Assembly: GCF_018350175.1 (NCBI RefSeq)
Contig: NC_058368.1
Location: forward strand, 59,274,001-59,338,000
Direction of reading: 5' to 3'
DNA length: 64,000 bases
From: Felis catus
Taxonomy: Eukaryota
The notes under the pieces are model-generated. The model ran no database searches. It saw only the letters and a program-made list of their open reading frames with translations, and had not been told where the DNA came from. Shown in pieces: positions 13,269 through 27,620 of the stretch; the stretch's first letter is position 1, and every line of letters begins with the position of its first letter. The position numbers and the translations under genes were made by a program.

Positions 13269-16200
13269 ACATAGGGTATCACAATGGATCAAAAAACAAG
13301 ACCCATCTATTTGCTGTCTACAAGAGACTCATTTTAGACCTGAGGACACCTTCAGATTGAAAGTGAGGGGATGGAGAACTATCTATCATGCTACTGGAAG
13401 TCCAAAGAAAGCTGGAGTAGCCATACTTGTATCAGACAAACTAGACTTTAAATTAAAGGCTGTAACAAGAGATGAAGAAGGGCATTATATAATAATTACA
13501 GGGTCTATTCATCAGGAATAACTAACAATTATAAATGTCTATGTGCCGAATACGGGAGCCCCCAAATATATAAAACAATTACTCACAAACATAAGCAACC
13601 TTATTGATAAGAATGTGGTAATTGCAGGGGACTTTAACACTCCACTTACAGAAACGGATAGATCATCTAGACACACGGTCAATAAAGAAACAAGGGCCCT
13701 GAATGATACATTGGATCGGATGGACTTGACAGATATATTTAGAACTCTGCATCCCAAAGCAACAGAACATACCTTTTTCTCGAGTGCACATGGAACATTC
13801 TCCAAGATAGATCACATACTGGGTCACAAAACAGCCCTTCATAAGTATACAAGAATTGAGATCATACCATGCATACTTTCAAACCACAATGCTATGAAAC
13901 TTGAAATCAACCACAGGAAAAAGTCTGGAAAACTTCCAAAAGCATGGAGGTTAAAGAACACCCTACTAAAGAATGAATGGGTCAACCAGGCAATTAGAGA
14001 AGATATTTTAAAATATATGGAAACAAATGAAAATGAAAATACAACAACCCAAACACTTTGGGATGCAGCGAAGGCAGTCCTGAGAGGAAAATACATTGCA
14101 ATCCAGGCCTATCTCAAGAAACAAGAAAATACAAAATACAAATCTAACAGCACACCTAAAGGAAATAGAAGCAAAACAGCAAAGACAGCCTAAACCCAGC
14201 AGAAGAAGAGAAATAATAAAGATCAAAGCAGAAATAAACAATATAGAATCTAAAAAAAACTGTAGAGCAGATCAATGAAACCAAGAGTTGGTTTTTTGAA
14301 AAAATAAACAAAATTGATAAACCTCTAGCCAGGCTTTTCAAAAAGAAAAGGGAGATGACCCGAATAGATAAAATCAAGAATGAAAATGGAATTATTACAA
14401 CCAATCCCTCAGAGATACAAACAATTATCAGGGAATACTATGAAAAATTATATGCCAACAAACTGGACAACCTGGAAGAAATGGACAAATTCCTAAACAC
14501 GCACACACTTCCAAAACTCAACCAGGAGGAAAAGGAAATCTTGAACAGACCCATCACCAGCGAAGAAATTGAATCAGTTATCAAAAGTCTCCCAACATAT
14601 AAGAGTCCAGGACCAGATGGCTTCCTGGGGAGTTCTACCAGACGTTTAAAGCAGAGATAATACCTATCCTTCTCAAGCTATTCCAAAAAATAGAAAGGGA
14701 AGGAAAACTTCCAGACTCATTCTATGAAGCCAGCATTACTTTGATTCCTAAACCAGACAGAGACCCAATATAAAAAGAGAACTACAGGCCAATATCCCTG
14801 ATGAATATGGATGCAAAAATTCTCAACAAGATTCTAGCAAATCAAATTCAACGGCATATAAAAAGAATTAGTCACCATGATCAAGTGGGATTCATTCCTG
14901 GGATGCAGGGCTGGTTCAACATTCGCAAATCAATCAACGTGATACATCACATTAATAAAAGAAAAGATAAGAACAATATGATCCTGTCAATCAACGCAGA
15001 AAAGGCATTTGACATAATTCAGCAACCTGTCTTAATAAAAACCCTCAAGAAAGTTGGGATACAGGGAACATACTTAAACATCTTAAAAGCCATCTATAAA
15101 AAGCCCACAGCTAACATCATCCTCAATGGGGAAAAACTGAGAGTTTTTTCCGTGAGATCAGGAACACAACAGGGATGTCCACTAACACTGCTGTTGTTTA
15201 ACATAGTGTTGGAAGTTTTAGCATCAGCAATCAGACAACAAAAGGAAATCAAAGGCATCAAAATTAGCAAAGATGAAGTCAAGCTTTCACTTTTTGCAGA
15301 TGACATGACATTATACATGGAAAATTGGATATACTCCACTAAAGTCTGCTAGAACTGATACATGAATTTAGCAAAGTTGCAGGATACAAAATCAATGTAC
15401 AGAAATCAGTTGCATTCTTAAACAGTAATAATGAAGCAACAGAAAGACAAATAAAGAAACTGATCCCATTCACAATTGCACCAAGAACATAAAATACCTA
15501 GGGATACATCTAACCGAAGATGTAAAAGATCTGTATGCTGAAAACTATAGAAAGCTTATGGAGGAAATTGAAGACAATACTAAGAAATGGAAAAACATTC
15601 CGTGCTCATGGGTTGGAAGAATAAATATTGTCAAAATGTCAATACTGCCCAAAGCTATCTACACATTCAATGCAATCCCAATCAAAAATGCACCAGCATT
15701 CTTCTCGAAGCTAGAAGAAGCAATCCTAAAATTCATATGGAACCACAAAAGCCCCCGAATAGCCAAAGGAATTTTGAAGAAGAAGACCAAAGCAGGAGGC
15801 ATCACAATCCCAGAATTTAGCCTCTACTACAAAGATGTCATCATCAAGACAGCATGGCATTGGCACAAAAACAGACACATAGACCAATGGAATAGAATAG
15901 AAACCCCAGAACTAGACCCACAAACGTATGGCCAACTCATCTTTGACAAAGCAGGAAAGAACATCCAATGGAACAAAAACAGTCTCTGTAACAAATGGCT
16001 CTGGGAGAACTGGACAGCAACATGCAGAAGGTTGAAACTAGACCACTTTCTCACACCATTCACAAAAATAAACTCCAAATGAATAAAGGACCTGAATGTG
16101 AGACAGGAAACCATCAAAATTCTAGAGGAGAAAGCAGGAAAAAACCTCTCTGACCTCAGCCATAGCAATGTCTTACTTGACACATTTCCAAAGGCAAGGG

Positions 16201-17012
16201 AATTAAAAGCAAACATGAACTATTGGGACCTCCTGAAGATAAAAAGCTTCTGCACAGCAAAGGAAACAATCAACAAAACTGAAAAGCAACCAACAGAATG
16301 GGAAAAGATATTTGCAAATGACATATCGGACAAAGGACTAGTATCCAAAATCTATAAAGAGCTCACCAATCTCCACACCCGAAAAACAAATAATCCAGTG
16401 AAAAAATGGGCAGAAAACATGAATAGACACTTCTCTAAAGAAGACATCGGATGGCCAACAGGCACATGAAAAGATGCTCAACGTCGTTCCTCATCAGGGA
16501 AATACAAATCAAAACCACACTCAGATATCACCTCACGCCAGTCAGAGTGGCCAAAATGAACAAATCAGGAGACTACAGATGCTGGACAGGATGTGGAGAA
16601 ACGGGAGCCCTCTTGCGCTGTTGGTGGGAATGCAAACTGGTGCAGCCCCTCTGGAAAACAGTGTGGAGGTTCCTCAAAAAATTAAAAATACACCTACCCT
16701 ATGACCCAGCAGTAGCACTACTAGGAATTTACCCAAGGGATACAGGAGTCCTGATGCATAGGGGCACTTGTACCCCAATGTTTATAGCAGCACTCTCAAC
16801 AATAGCCAAATTATGGAAAGAGCCTAAATGTCCATCAACTGATGAATGGATAAAGAAATTGTGGTTTATATACACAATGGAAAACTACTTGGCAATGAGA
16901 AAGAATGAAATATGGCCCTTTGTAGCAACATGGATGGAACTGGAGGGTGTGATGCTAAGTGAAATAAGCCATACAGAGAAAGACAGATACCATATATTTT
17001 CACTCTTATGTG
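13269..17012 (+). mobile_element. Feline-type LINE-1, 5'-truncated, with disrupted ORF2 (endonuclease, reverse transcriptase, C-terminal Cys domain); 3'UTR and poly(A) missing
   Basis: Consecutive ORF pieces carry [33 protein letters not shown] and [18 protein letters not shown]; several frameshifts and stops. Confidence 0.98.
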
Positions 17013-17045
17013 GGCTCTATGCTGACAGCACACAGCCTTCTTGAG

Positions 17046-17092
<47 letters not shown>

Positions 17093-17140
17093 GCCCCTCT
17101 CCTGCTCTGTCTCTCTCTCTCCAAATAAATAAACTTAAAA
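17011..17140 (+). mobile_element. Headless SINE (3' half) fused directly to the end of L1 ORF2
   Basis: gggctctatgctgacagc...(CT)n...aaataaataaactt follows the L1 sequence ...cactcttatgtgg without a gap. Confidence 0.88.
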
Positions 17141-17149
17141 AATTAAAAA

Positions 17150-17358
17150 AATTTTTTTTCATGTTTATTTTTGAGAGAGAGAGAGGGAGAGACAGAGCAC
17201 AGGTTGGGCAAGGGCAGAGAGAGAGGGAGACACAGAATATGAAGCAGGGTTGGCTCTGAGGTGTCAGCACAGAGGCTGACATGGGCTTGAACTCAGGAAC
17301 CGTGAGATCATGACCTGAGCGGAAGTCAGCCACTTAGACTGAGCCACCCAGGTGCCCC
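17150..17358 (-). mobile_element. Carnivore SINE, tail-to-tail with the previous one
   Basis: Full SINE on the minus strand. Confidence 0.93.
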
Positions 17359-17399
17359 AACTTAATTTTTTTTTAATAAAGATAAATAAAGTGGAATCA

Positions 17400-17735
17400 G
17401 GATGTCATGAGGAGAGAGGTTTCACATATATACTACTCATCTCACCTTACATGAGCAGAGAAGTAAGATTTCCACGTACCTCAGTAACTGCCCCCACTTG
17501 CAGCCACTGAGAAACCACCTCAAGCTCTCATTCTCTCCCCGTGAAGTGATGTTCAAAACAACCCTTCTCCTTTTCATCCACAAACCTAATAAAAACTAGC
17601 CTTCCTTTTGGCTGTTTAGATTTGCTGATTGTTTGTTGTAGTTTCCTTTCCCCAAGTTGCAATTTTACTGTATTCCTGAATAAACTCATCTTTGTTTAAT
17701 TAAATTACCCCTAAATATTGTTGTTAAGATGGACA
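17400..17735 (+). mobile_element. ERV LTR relic (family not assigned)
   Basis: LTR-like layout: pyrimidine-rich U3, TATA-like taataaaaac, then attcctgaataaactcatctttg poly(A) signal region. Confidence 0.55.
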
Positions 17736-18584
17736 AATATCTGAAAAGCAAACAGGGAGCTAACAAAACAGTACTCACAAGCAAGTGTTTAATGTGGTAA
17801 CATATTATTATTAATCAATAAAGTTAAATAAAATAACCATTGAGCAACTAAATTTAAAACATAATAAATATTAGTGTCGTAGGAAGGAGGTAATACATAT
17901 ATAAAGGACAAATTAAGTAAGAATCAGAAAGAGCAAAGTACATTTTAAAATCTAAGAAAGAATTTTTTTAAAAGATTTTAATGGAAAACACAACTGCCAA
18001 TAAGATTGAACATAAAAACCGGAGAAATGATGAAACTATCAATATTAGAAATGAAAAATTAACAGTCACAAACATAAAGTATATTCAAACATTTAGCAAA
18101 ATACTATGTACAACAGTATGCTAATGCATAGTGTACCTTTAGAACTAGAAATGTTTTTGAATAAATAAATATGAGAGATATGAATAACTACACGTGTCCC
18201 AGAGATATTAAAAAAAACTCGTTATCATCTCTTGAAACATCACCCCCTTTTTATTATTCATTTTTCCTTAAATAATAAATTCTATGCCTGAGAGTTAATA
18301 TTTCCATGGCAATTTTATTTGCCTTTAGTTTTCTTATTTTCTTTCATTTTATGTCACAATCTATATAAATGTTAAGCTTCCTTATTATTATTATTCCTCA
18401 GAATTAAGGATTTTCTTACATCTTTTATCATCTAGTCAATGCATTTTACCTATTTCTATAAGTCTCAGATGTTAGGATCCATACTTAAAGCATTTTATAA
18501 ATTCTACCATTATTTTCATATTTTATGGCATATTCATTACGTATATCAGCATATCTCATGAAACTCACCTATCTGACATTTTAC

Positions 18585-18777
18585 TTTTTAAAAAAATTAT
18601 TTATTTTTGAGAGAGAGAGAGTGAGCGGGTAAGGGGCAGAGAAAGGGGGGACAGAGGACCCGAAGAGGGCTCCATGCTGACAGCAGAGAGCCCAATGCGG
18701 GCTTGAATTCACGATCCTTGAGATTGTAACCTGAGCCAGAGTTGGACGCTTAACCAACTGAGCCACCCAGGTACCCC
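18585..18777 (-). mobile_element. Carnivore SINE
   Basis: Degenerate TSD tgacattttactttt / tgatatcttactttt. Confidence 0.92.
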
Positions 18778-20096
18778 TGATATCTTACTTTTATTCTTCT
18801 ATGGTATAACTAAACATTCTCAAATATTAACTAAACTCCAGATTACATTGATGCAGATTAAAGCAAGTCATGATGGGTAAGAATAGAAAGCCAGATTATA
18901 GGCACAAATATACTTAAAAGTGTACATTTGATAAACGTTGTAGTTCTTATGAATAAAAATCACCATTGAAAGTAATTGGCTGACTGTAGGCATTTTTTGT
19001 GAGAGTGAGTAAGCTATAATATCTAACTAGTATTTTGTACAAAAATTCTTCATGTATTCAAGATCAGATTATAAATAAAAGAAAAAAATCCCACCAAACT
19101 CTCTATAATTTTGTTTATATCTTTATGGTTGGGAAAATTCAAATTACTAAAATCATTTTATCATTTCATTTAAAAACTGCTTTGCTAAGACAGTTTGCTG
19201 ATATGTTAAGTAAAATTTGAGATTTTGTTTACAAGAGCTAAATTTAGTTATATGCATCTGTTTTAATATTTATCATTCTACTCAGGATATTGAAGAGTGT
19301 TTGACTAATATGAATTGTAAAATATGACCTCAGCTAAAGTCATTCATCCAATTTAAGACAGTTTCATTAAATATATACATACTATTTTATGGTCATTACA
19401 TAAGCTGGCTGTTTTATCTTCTATTACAGCTTCATTTTGCCCTAGGGAATCCAGCTGCCAGAAAATGTGTTGTCATTACATGCATGTCAAAAAAGATAGT
19501 ACACACTTCACTAAAATACACTCATTCAATACATTCATTTGGCAACCTCCAGCTGCTACATATTTAACACAACATTGAAATTATCTGCTGTACTGAGAAT
19601 TGAGAGCAAGATTTATTTCAGTGGAAATATAAAACTAGCCAGATAATGTAATTTGCAGTTTATTCCTTTAAACTCCTTCCTATAAAAAACAAACCTCTTT
19701 TAGCTAGATAGATTTTTTTTAATGAATTTGGTACACTCAATCAGAATACTGTAGTGTAGCCATCATGATTTAAAGGCATGAATAATTGGATTAGGAAAAA
19801 AAAGTAAAATATTGATTCTTTCAGATATATTTTGAGTATGGATGTGGAAGAATTTCTTACACACAATATAACCAATTTCCTTCTTATTCATTCTGCTGGC
19901 ATTTCTGATTTACTCATTTTGACCACATACATCTTTGTGAGTTAGCCCCAGAAAGATTTTTCTTTTGTCAAGACATATTCAATTAACTCCAGAAATCATC
20001 TTCTACCCATGAAAAATTTAAGTCTAATATAACCAACAACAATAAAATATGGCTACTTACTTCTAAGCTCCTCTTGATGGTCCTCCTTCAAGATTA

Positions 20097-20097
20097 T

Positions 20098-20148
<51 letters not shown>
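20097..20148. repeat. (TA)n(TG)n microsatellite
   Basis: Directly visible. Confidence 0.92.
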
Positions 20149-20150
<2 letters not shown>

Positions 20151-20418
20151 ATGTACATTACCAAGTCTTTTATTGTAAAGGCATTAAACAACGTATATAT
20201 GTGTAATTACAATTATTTTCTAAAAATATAGTTTTAATTTAAAAATATAATTTCCAACATTGTTTCACTTATAAATAATCTGAACTCTATTCAGCTAAAC
20301 TATGCAAATAGCTCCAAATCTCCAAACACATGGTCCTATGCCTTAAAATACAAAACAAAATTTTCATCATTAGGGTTTCAACCTTCACATATATTAGTTA
20401 GTAGAAGCCAAACAGAAA

Positions 20419-20453
20419 CTCTCTCTCCCTCCCTCCCTCTCTCTCTCTCTCCC

Positions 20454-20495
<42 letters not shown>
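20419..20495. repeat. (CT)n...(CA)n compound microsatellite
   Basis: Directly visible. Confidence 0.92.
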
Positions 20496-20497
<2 letters not shown>

Positions 20498-21529
20498 GGA
20501 AGAGAGAGAGATTAAATCTGTTTCCAAAAGTGTAACTCCGTGAAAATTAAAGAAAATATAATCTATATTTTTAAATCCACAATGGATATATGTACACAAT
20601 GTTTCAAATTGCAAATGACCTTAATCTTTTGGTTATAAGGGCCCTGTGAGTCACCTTTTGAAATCAGTATTTATATTCAGAATGAACCATGGTATTGTTT
20701 ACAAAGTCTATATGAGTAAATGAGATTATTAATACCGAAAGGACTTACATACTTTACCTATTGCTTTTATGGATTTGAAGGTGTTAGTTCTTATCTTTTG
20801 TTATGAATCAATATCCATTGATGGTACCTCTACAAATGAGAATTAGGCTAAGGAGATAAATATAATTTGCAGTATTTCTAGGAGAATGCAGAAAGGATGC
20901 TATGTGTGGTCCTTAGCAATTTGACTGTCTGGCACAGGTAATAAAATTCTGCCTACACTACTCTGTAGTGGATGACTAACCTTGAAATACCCTTATGGTA
21001 TCCAAAATTGAGAAGGCAGAAGCAAATTGGCATTTTGGCACAATTTACAACTGAAATCATTTTGGCAGTGCTTTTTTCTGTAGGATAGAATGGCTCTGTA
21101 GAGAACTGTCACACACAAAGGGGTCTCCCCAGAATGCTGATGTTGTAAGAACTGTCATAACTGACAGCAGTCTCCAAGGCCATAATTATCCAGCTATATG
21201 TAAAAGCAAGGAAAAGTTTCACTTGTCAATAAGAATTTAAGTGGTGCACAGTGTGTTTTAAAGTGAAATGAAGAAGTTTGGGGTATGTAAATCATATTGA
21301 GTAGGTATGTTTGGTAGTCCAAAATTTGTGTCTCCTCAATAAATAGGTAATATTTTCAAGCAATGCCTATTCTTCTTGTTCATGAAATATTTTCTGAGAA
21401 TTAATCTCCCAATGTAACACTTCTTATTGTTTTTGTTTCTTCGTTTATTTCTGCTTTAATTTCAGAGAATAACAACCTTGGGAGGATGCTCAATCCTATT
21501 ATTTCTTAGATAAGGTAACCAAGCTATTT

Positions 21530-22552
21530 ATTTCTTAGAACATCTGAGGAACTTCTAGGAAATCTCCTGATAAAGCTTCCTTCCTGGATTATATCAACTG
21601 TCATTCGATCATCTCCTCAATTCCACTGTTTCTCAATCACAGCAAATTATCCTCAAAACAGATTAGAGTGATCCCTTTAAAATATAGATCGTATCATTCC
21701 ACTGCTCAAATACTCAAGCATCACACTTGGATAAAATGGTCAAATCCTACCACATCTCTTCATCAGCTAGCTGCTGGTTCTTCTGTCATCTGCTCTGGCC
21801 ACCCTGCCCTCCATTTGGAGTTATGGTCCTATGGGTGGTAATGTGGTGAATTCCTTCCATGCACTCAGTTCTATGCTAAGATTCGCTAGAAATTGGTCAG
21901 GTGTTCCCCAAGCCTGCTTCCCCTTCCTTGGTGCAGAGTTAGACAATTCCAGCCTACTTTGTAGTTGCAAGTGGCCATGGGAGTGAGTTCCCACCAGCAG
22001 AGTGGGAGTCTGAGTAATGTGCAGTAACCCCAAGGATCGCCTATTGAAAAGAAAAAATCATTCCACTTTTAATCATATATTTGCTTTCCTGCACCACTGA
22101 AAGTAATTGTGTCCAGGCCATAGGGGGAAGCAGAACCAAGAGGCAGGAAAGCCTCTTGGCTTGTACAACAAATGGAATGCTGCTTCTCAACAAGGAATAC
22201 TTGTTTGGACTTAACACAAGTGAGAAATAAATTTGTGCCACTGATACTTTCAGGCAGATTCTAGAAAGTAATGTTAGATTGCTTAACAGTCCCTTTGGAT
22301 AATTCCTATCCAAAATATCATCCTCCCTTTATTTTCTATTATGTTACATCGCTTCACTTCTCTAAGGCACATTTTCTGTAATTATAATCAACCTATTTGA
22401 TCATGGTTGTCTGTCTTTCTTCTGGGATATTGACATAAAGAAAGCAGGACATTGGTTAGTTTTTCCTTTTTCCTCCTTGCTTCATCCCTATTCATGATAA
22501 CAAAGATTAGTACAAAATAGGTACTCAATAAATACTGTTGAACGCATGAGTG
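21530..22552 (+). mobile_element. L2 relic (3' end) split by an MLT1 LTR
   Basis: L2 terminus taggtactcaataaatactgttgaacgcatga at about 22520-22550; upstream cagattagagtgatccctttaaaatatagatc. Confidence 0.7.
21880..22290 (+). mobile_element. MaLR LTR relic (older MLT1 type)
   Basis: ccagcctactttgtagttgcaagtggccatgggagtgagttc...gtgagaaataaatttgtgccactga. Confidence 0.7.
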
Positions 22553-22789
22553 GTATTTGAAACACAACAATTATTTTTTAAAAACTCAATTTCGACATCC
22601 TATTGGCAATTACTATTAAGTGGGATTTTTGGCTATAGCTCAACATAATTTTGCATGCCAAAATTAATAATGTTTATTCAAGTAGTATAAGACTAATTTG
22701 GATTTTCTTAGTATATGATGTAGTTTCACATATGAAATATTAAGTTATTTCATATTTGTAGATTATAAATAAAGAAAAACTCATCAAAA

Positions 22790-23140
22790 TAGTCTCTCAG
22801 GCCACAAAAGATCTGAGCCCCTGTTAACTCTCTGACTGCACCTTATAAATACTCTTCCCTTTGCAGATTCCACTCCAGCCAAATGGGTCTCTTCCTGAAA
22901 CACTCCAAGTTCAGCCCTGCCTTAGGAAGCTTTATTGCCCTTTACCATCCAGAATCCTTATTTGTGAAGGGATTTGTGAATCCCTTCCACGTTTCTACTT
23001 GACCTCCTACAGTGTTCTACTTATAGCTCGTATTTCCCATCACCCTTTCTTGACTGTTCTATTTAAAGTTGAAATACTCCTTGTTTTCCCTACCTCTTTT
23101 CTAGTTTTATTTTTCCTCCTAACTGTTAACATCCTTCTTT
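22790..23140 (+). mobile_element. L2 relic
   Basis: ccactccagccaaatgggtctcttcctgaaacactccaag...ccctgccttaggaagcttt. Confidence 0.6.
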
Positions 23141-23450
23141 AATTGGAAAAACAAATAATGCTAACCAAGTACCAAGAACTTTATGGAGATCTTAACAAAT
23201 ACTAACTTTTTAAATTCATCAAATATTTAACCATTCTTCCTGTTATCTTTTTGACTTACTCATGAAAGCAGAACTTACTTATTTGTTTACTCCTTGATTT
23301 CTTGGAAAATCACAACTAGAAAAGGAAAAAAGAAATCCAAATCAGAGCTAATGCAAAAAGAAGAAAACTTCAAAATATATAAGAGAAATCAGCTCATCTA
23401 TAAAACAAGAACTAAAAAACAAAAACACAGAAAAACAAAAAACCCAGGAA

Positions 23451-23665
23451 GGGGCACCTAGGTGGCTCAGTTGGGTAAGTGTCTGACTTTGGCTCAGGTC
23501 ATGATCTCACAGTTTGTGGGTTTGAGCCCCTCATTGGGCTCTGTGCTGACAGCTCAGAACCTGAAGCCTGCTTCAGATTCTGTGTTTCCCCGCCTCTTTC
23601 CCTCCCCTGCTCACACTCTGTCTCTCTCTTTCTCAATAATAAATAAACGTTAAAAAAATAAAATG
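23451..23665 (+). mobile_element. Carnivore SINE
   Basis: Full SINE. Confidence 0.93.
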
Positions 23666-24419
23666 AAACAGAAAGAAAATAAGAGCACACTTTGAAATTA
23701 AACATAGTGCCAAGACAAAACCGAGTCCAAGGCAAAATTAGCAAAGGCTTTTTCCTCACTAACTTCCACCCCTCATGGATCTGTCATCACTTTTGTTTCA
23801 GTTGAGGTACAAAAATGTTTGAAAATAGTTAATTTTATCTAATACAAACAGGAACAGTGTTGACATAATCTATGATTTTAGGCCGAAGTTTGGAAAGTGA
23901 GAAGACTTGCTAATTGAACTTTAACTACACTGGGTCCTTGGTCAGCTACATGAGGGCAGAGAAGCATTTGGGGAGATCCTAAAAGAAGAAAAAAATGAAT
24001 GTTCAGTTATAGTAGTGAAAGATTCTCTGTGTACAGACATTTCCTAAAACAAGTAAGGGGTGGCACAGAGCTATTTTGCCGTCACAATGTCCTGATGGCC
24101 CTTAGGGAAGGGACAGGATTTGCTGACAAGAAAAGTTTTTTGTACATTGTGCCAAAGATGATGATGATGATGATACTCTAATGGAAGAGAAATTAACACT
24201 TTCTAAGAAGTATAAAGCAAACACAAATCAATGAAAATAGAAAAAAACCCAGAAAATGTGGTGATCAAGAATATCGGATATCCAACAAAAGGGATGTTCT
24301 GAGAGAGTAAACAGAGAAAATGAAGTAGAGGTAGTTACCAAGAATTAATTTTTTTTCCTTACAAGGTTGAATAAAAGCCTTGTTGTTCAACCATCCAATT
24401 GTTCTGGACAGAACAATAA

Positions 24420-24844
24420 TTTTTTAAATTAAAATAAATTTTTTGAAGCTTTTATTTAAGTTCTAGTTAGCTGACATACATTGTAATATTAATTTCAGGT
24501 GCACAATACAGTGATTCAGCACTTCCTTACATCACCATGTGCTCATCACAAGTGTGCTCCTTAATAGTCATCACCTTTTAACCAATCCCCTCCCCACCTC
24601 CCTTCTGGTAACCATCAGTTTGTTCTTCGTAGTTAAGAGACTGTTTCTTGTTTGCCTCTGTCTCTCTCTCTCTCTTTTCTCTTTGCTCATTTGTTTTGTT
24701 TCTTAAATTCCACATATGAGTAAAATCATACAGTATTTGTCATTCTCTGACTCAATTATTTCACTTAGTATAATACTGTCTAGTTCCATCCAGGTCATTG
24801 CAAATGGCAAGATTTCATTATTTTTTTATGGCAGAGTAATATTC

Positions 24845-24890
<46 letters not shown>

Positions 24891-25958
24891 TGAACTTCTT
24901 GACAGTTCATCAAGAGATAGACACTTGGGCTGTTTCCATAATTTGGCTATTGTAAATAATGCTGCTATGAACATCAGGGTGCATGTGTCCCTTTGAATTA
25001 GTATTTTGTATTCTTTGGGTAAATGCCTAGTATTGTGATTGCTAGATTGTAAGGTAGTTCTATTTTCAACATTTTGAGAAACCTCAATATGTTTTCCAGA
25101 GTAGCTGCGCCAGTCTGCATTCCCACCAACACTGCAAGAGGGTTCCCATTTCTCCACATCATCCCCAGTATCTGCTGTTTCTTATGTTGTTGATTTCAGC
25201 CATTGTAGTTTCATTGTACTTTCATTTGCATTTTCTGATGATCAGTGATTTGAGCATCTTTTCATGTGTCTGTTGGCTATCTGTATGTTTTCTTTGGAAA
25301 ACTGTATATTCATATCTTCTACCCATTTTTTAATTGGATTATTCATTTTTGGGGTGTTGAGTTTTATAACTTTTTTATTTATTTGGATAGTAACCCTTTA
25401 TCAGATATGTTATTTGCAAATATCTTCTCCCATTTAATAGGTTGCCTTTTAGTATTGTTGATTGTTTCCTTTGCTGTGCAAAAGCTTTTTATTTTGATGT
25501 AGTCTCAATAGTTTATTTTTGCTTTTGTTTCCCTTGCCTCAGGAGACATATCTAGAAAGAAGTAGCTATGGTTTATATCAAAGAAGTTCCTGCCTATGTT
25601 CTCTTCTAGGGTTTTTATAGTTTCAGGTCTTACATTTTAGATCTTTAATCAATTTTCAATTTCTCTTTGTGTATGGTGTAAGAAAGTGGCCCAATTTCAT
25701 TCTTTTGCATGTTGCTGCCCAGTTTTCCCATTCTCTTCACACTTTGTTGAAGAGACTGTCTTTTTCCCATTGGATATTCTTTCCTGCTTTGCTGAGGATT
25801 AATTGACCATACAATTGTGGGCTCATTTCTAGCTTTTCTATTATCTTCTTTTGATCTATGTGTCTATTTTTGTGCTAGTACCATACTGTTTTGATTACAT
25901 AATATAACTAGAAGTATCATAAGATAACTTGAAGTATGAAATTGTGATGCCTCCAGCT

Positions 25959-25994
<36 letters not shown>

Positions 25995-27561
25995 TCAAGG
26001 TTGTTTTGGCTTTTGTGGGTCTTTTGTGGTTCCATACACATTTTTGGATTGTTTTTTCTATCTCTGTGAAATGCTGCAGTGTTTGAAATGCTATGTTATT
26101 TTGGTAGGGATTGCATTAAATGTGCACATTGCTTTGGGTACAATATTTGTTGCTCCAATCCATGAGCATGGAATGTTTTTCCATTTCTTTGTGTCACCTT
26201 CAATTTCTTTCATCAATGTTTATGCATTTTAGAATACAGGTCTTTCACCTCTTTGGTTAAATTTATTCCTAGAAGTTTTATTGTTTTTGGTGTAATTGTA
26301 AATGGGATTGATACCTTTTTTGCTCTTTCTGCTGCTTTATTACTGGTGTATAGAATTGCAACAGATTTCTGTTCATTGATTTTGTATCCTGTGACTTTAC
26401 TGAATGAATTTATCAGTTCTAACAGTTTCTTGGTAGAGTCTTTCAGGTTTTCTATATAGAGTATCATGTTATCTATAAATAGTGAATGTTTTACTTCTTC
26501 CTTGCTGTTTTGGATGCCTTTTATTTCTTTTTGTTGTCTGACTGCTGTGGCTAGGACTTCCAGTATTATGTTAAATAAGAGTGATGAGAGTGAATATCCC
26601 TGTCTTGTGCCTGACCATAGAGGAAAACCTCTCAGTTTTTCCTCATTTAGGATTATATTAGCTGTGGGCTTTTCTTTGATGGCCTTTATTATGTTGAGGT
26701 ATGTTCCCTCTAAACCTACTTTATTGAGGGCTCCTATCACAAATGGGGGCTGTACTTTGTGAAATTCTTTTCTGCATCTATTGAAATGATCATATGGTTC
26801 TTATCCTTTATTTCATTAATGTGGTGTATCACATTGATTGATTTGCCAATATTGAGCCACACTTTCAACCCAGAAATAAACCCCACTTGATCATGGTGAA
26901 TGATTTTTTAAATGTATTATTGGATTCAATTTGCTAGTATTTTATTGAGAATTTTTGCATCTATGTTGATCAGGATTATTGGCCTTTCGTTCTCTCTTTT
27001 AGTGCTATCTTCATCTTGTTTTGTTATCAGAGTAATGCTTGCCTTATAGAATGATTTTGAAAGTTTTTCTTCCTTTTCAATTTTTTTGGGTATTTGAGAA
27101 GAATAGGTATTAACTCTTCTTTAAATGTTTGATAGAATTCTCCTGTGAAACCGTCTGGCCCTGGACTTTCGTATGTTAGGAGTTTTTGATTACTGACTTA
27201 ATTTCTTTGCTGGTTATCAGTCCATTCAAATTTTCTATTTCTTCCTGCTTCAGTTTTGGCAATTCATGTGTTTCTATGAATTTATCCATTTTTTTCCAGG
27301 TTGTCCCATTTGTTGGCATACAGTTCTTCCTGATAGTCTCTTATAATCATATTTCTGGGGTATTGGTTATTATTTCTCCTCTCTCATTATGATTTTATTT
27401 ATCTGGGTCATTTCTCTTTTCTTTTTGATAATTCTGGTTAGGGGTTTATCAACTTTATTAATTCTTTCAAAGAACCAGCTTTTGGTTTCATTGATCTGTT
27501 CTATTGATTTTTTAGTTTCTATATCACTTATTTTTGCTCTAATTTTTATTAGAGCATTTAT

Positions 27562-27620
<59 letters not shown>

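Noticed and set aside
13543..17044. Active L1 or functional reverse transcriptase
   Set aside because: No promoter or ORF1, truncated endonuclease start, multiple frameshifts and stops, no poly(A).
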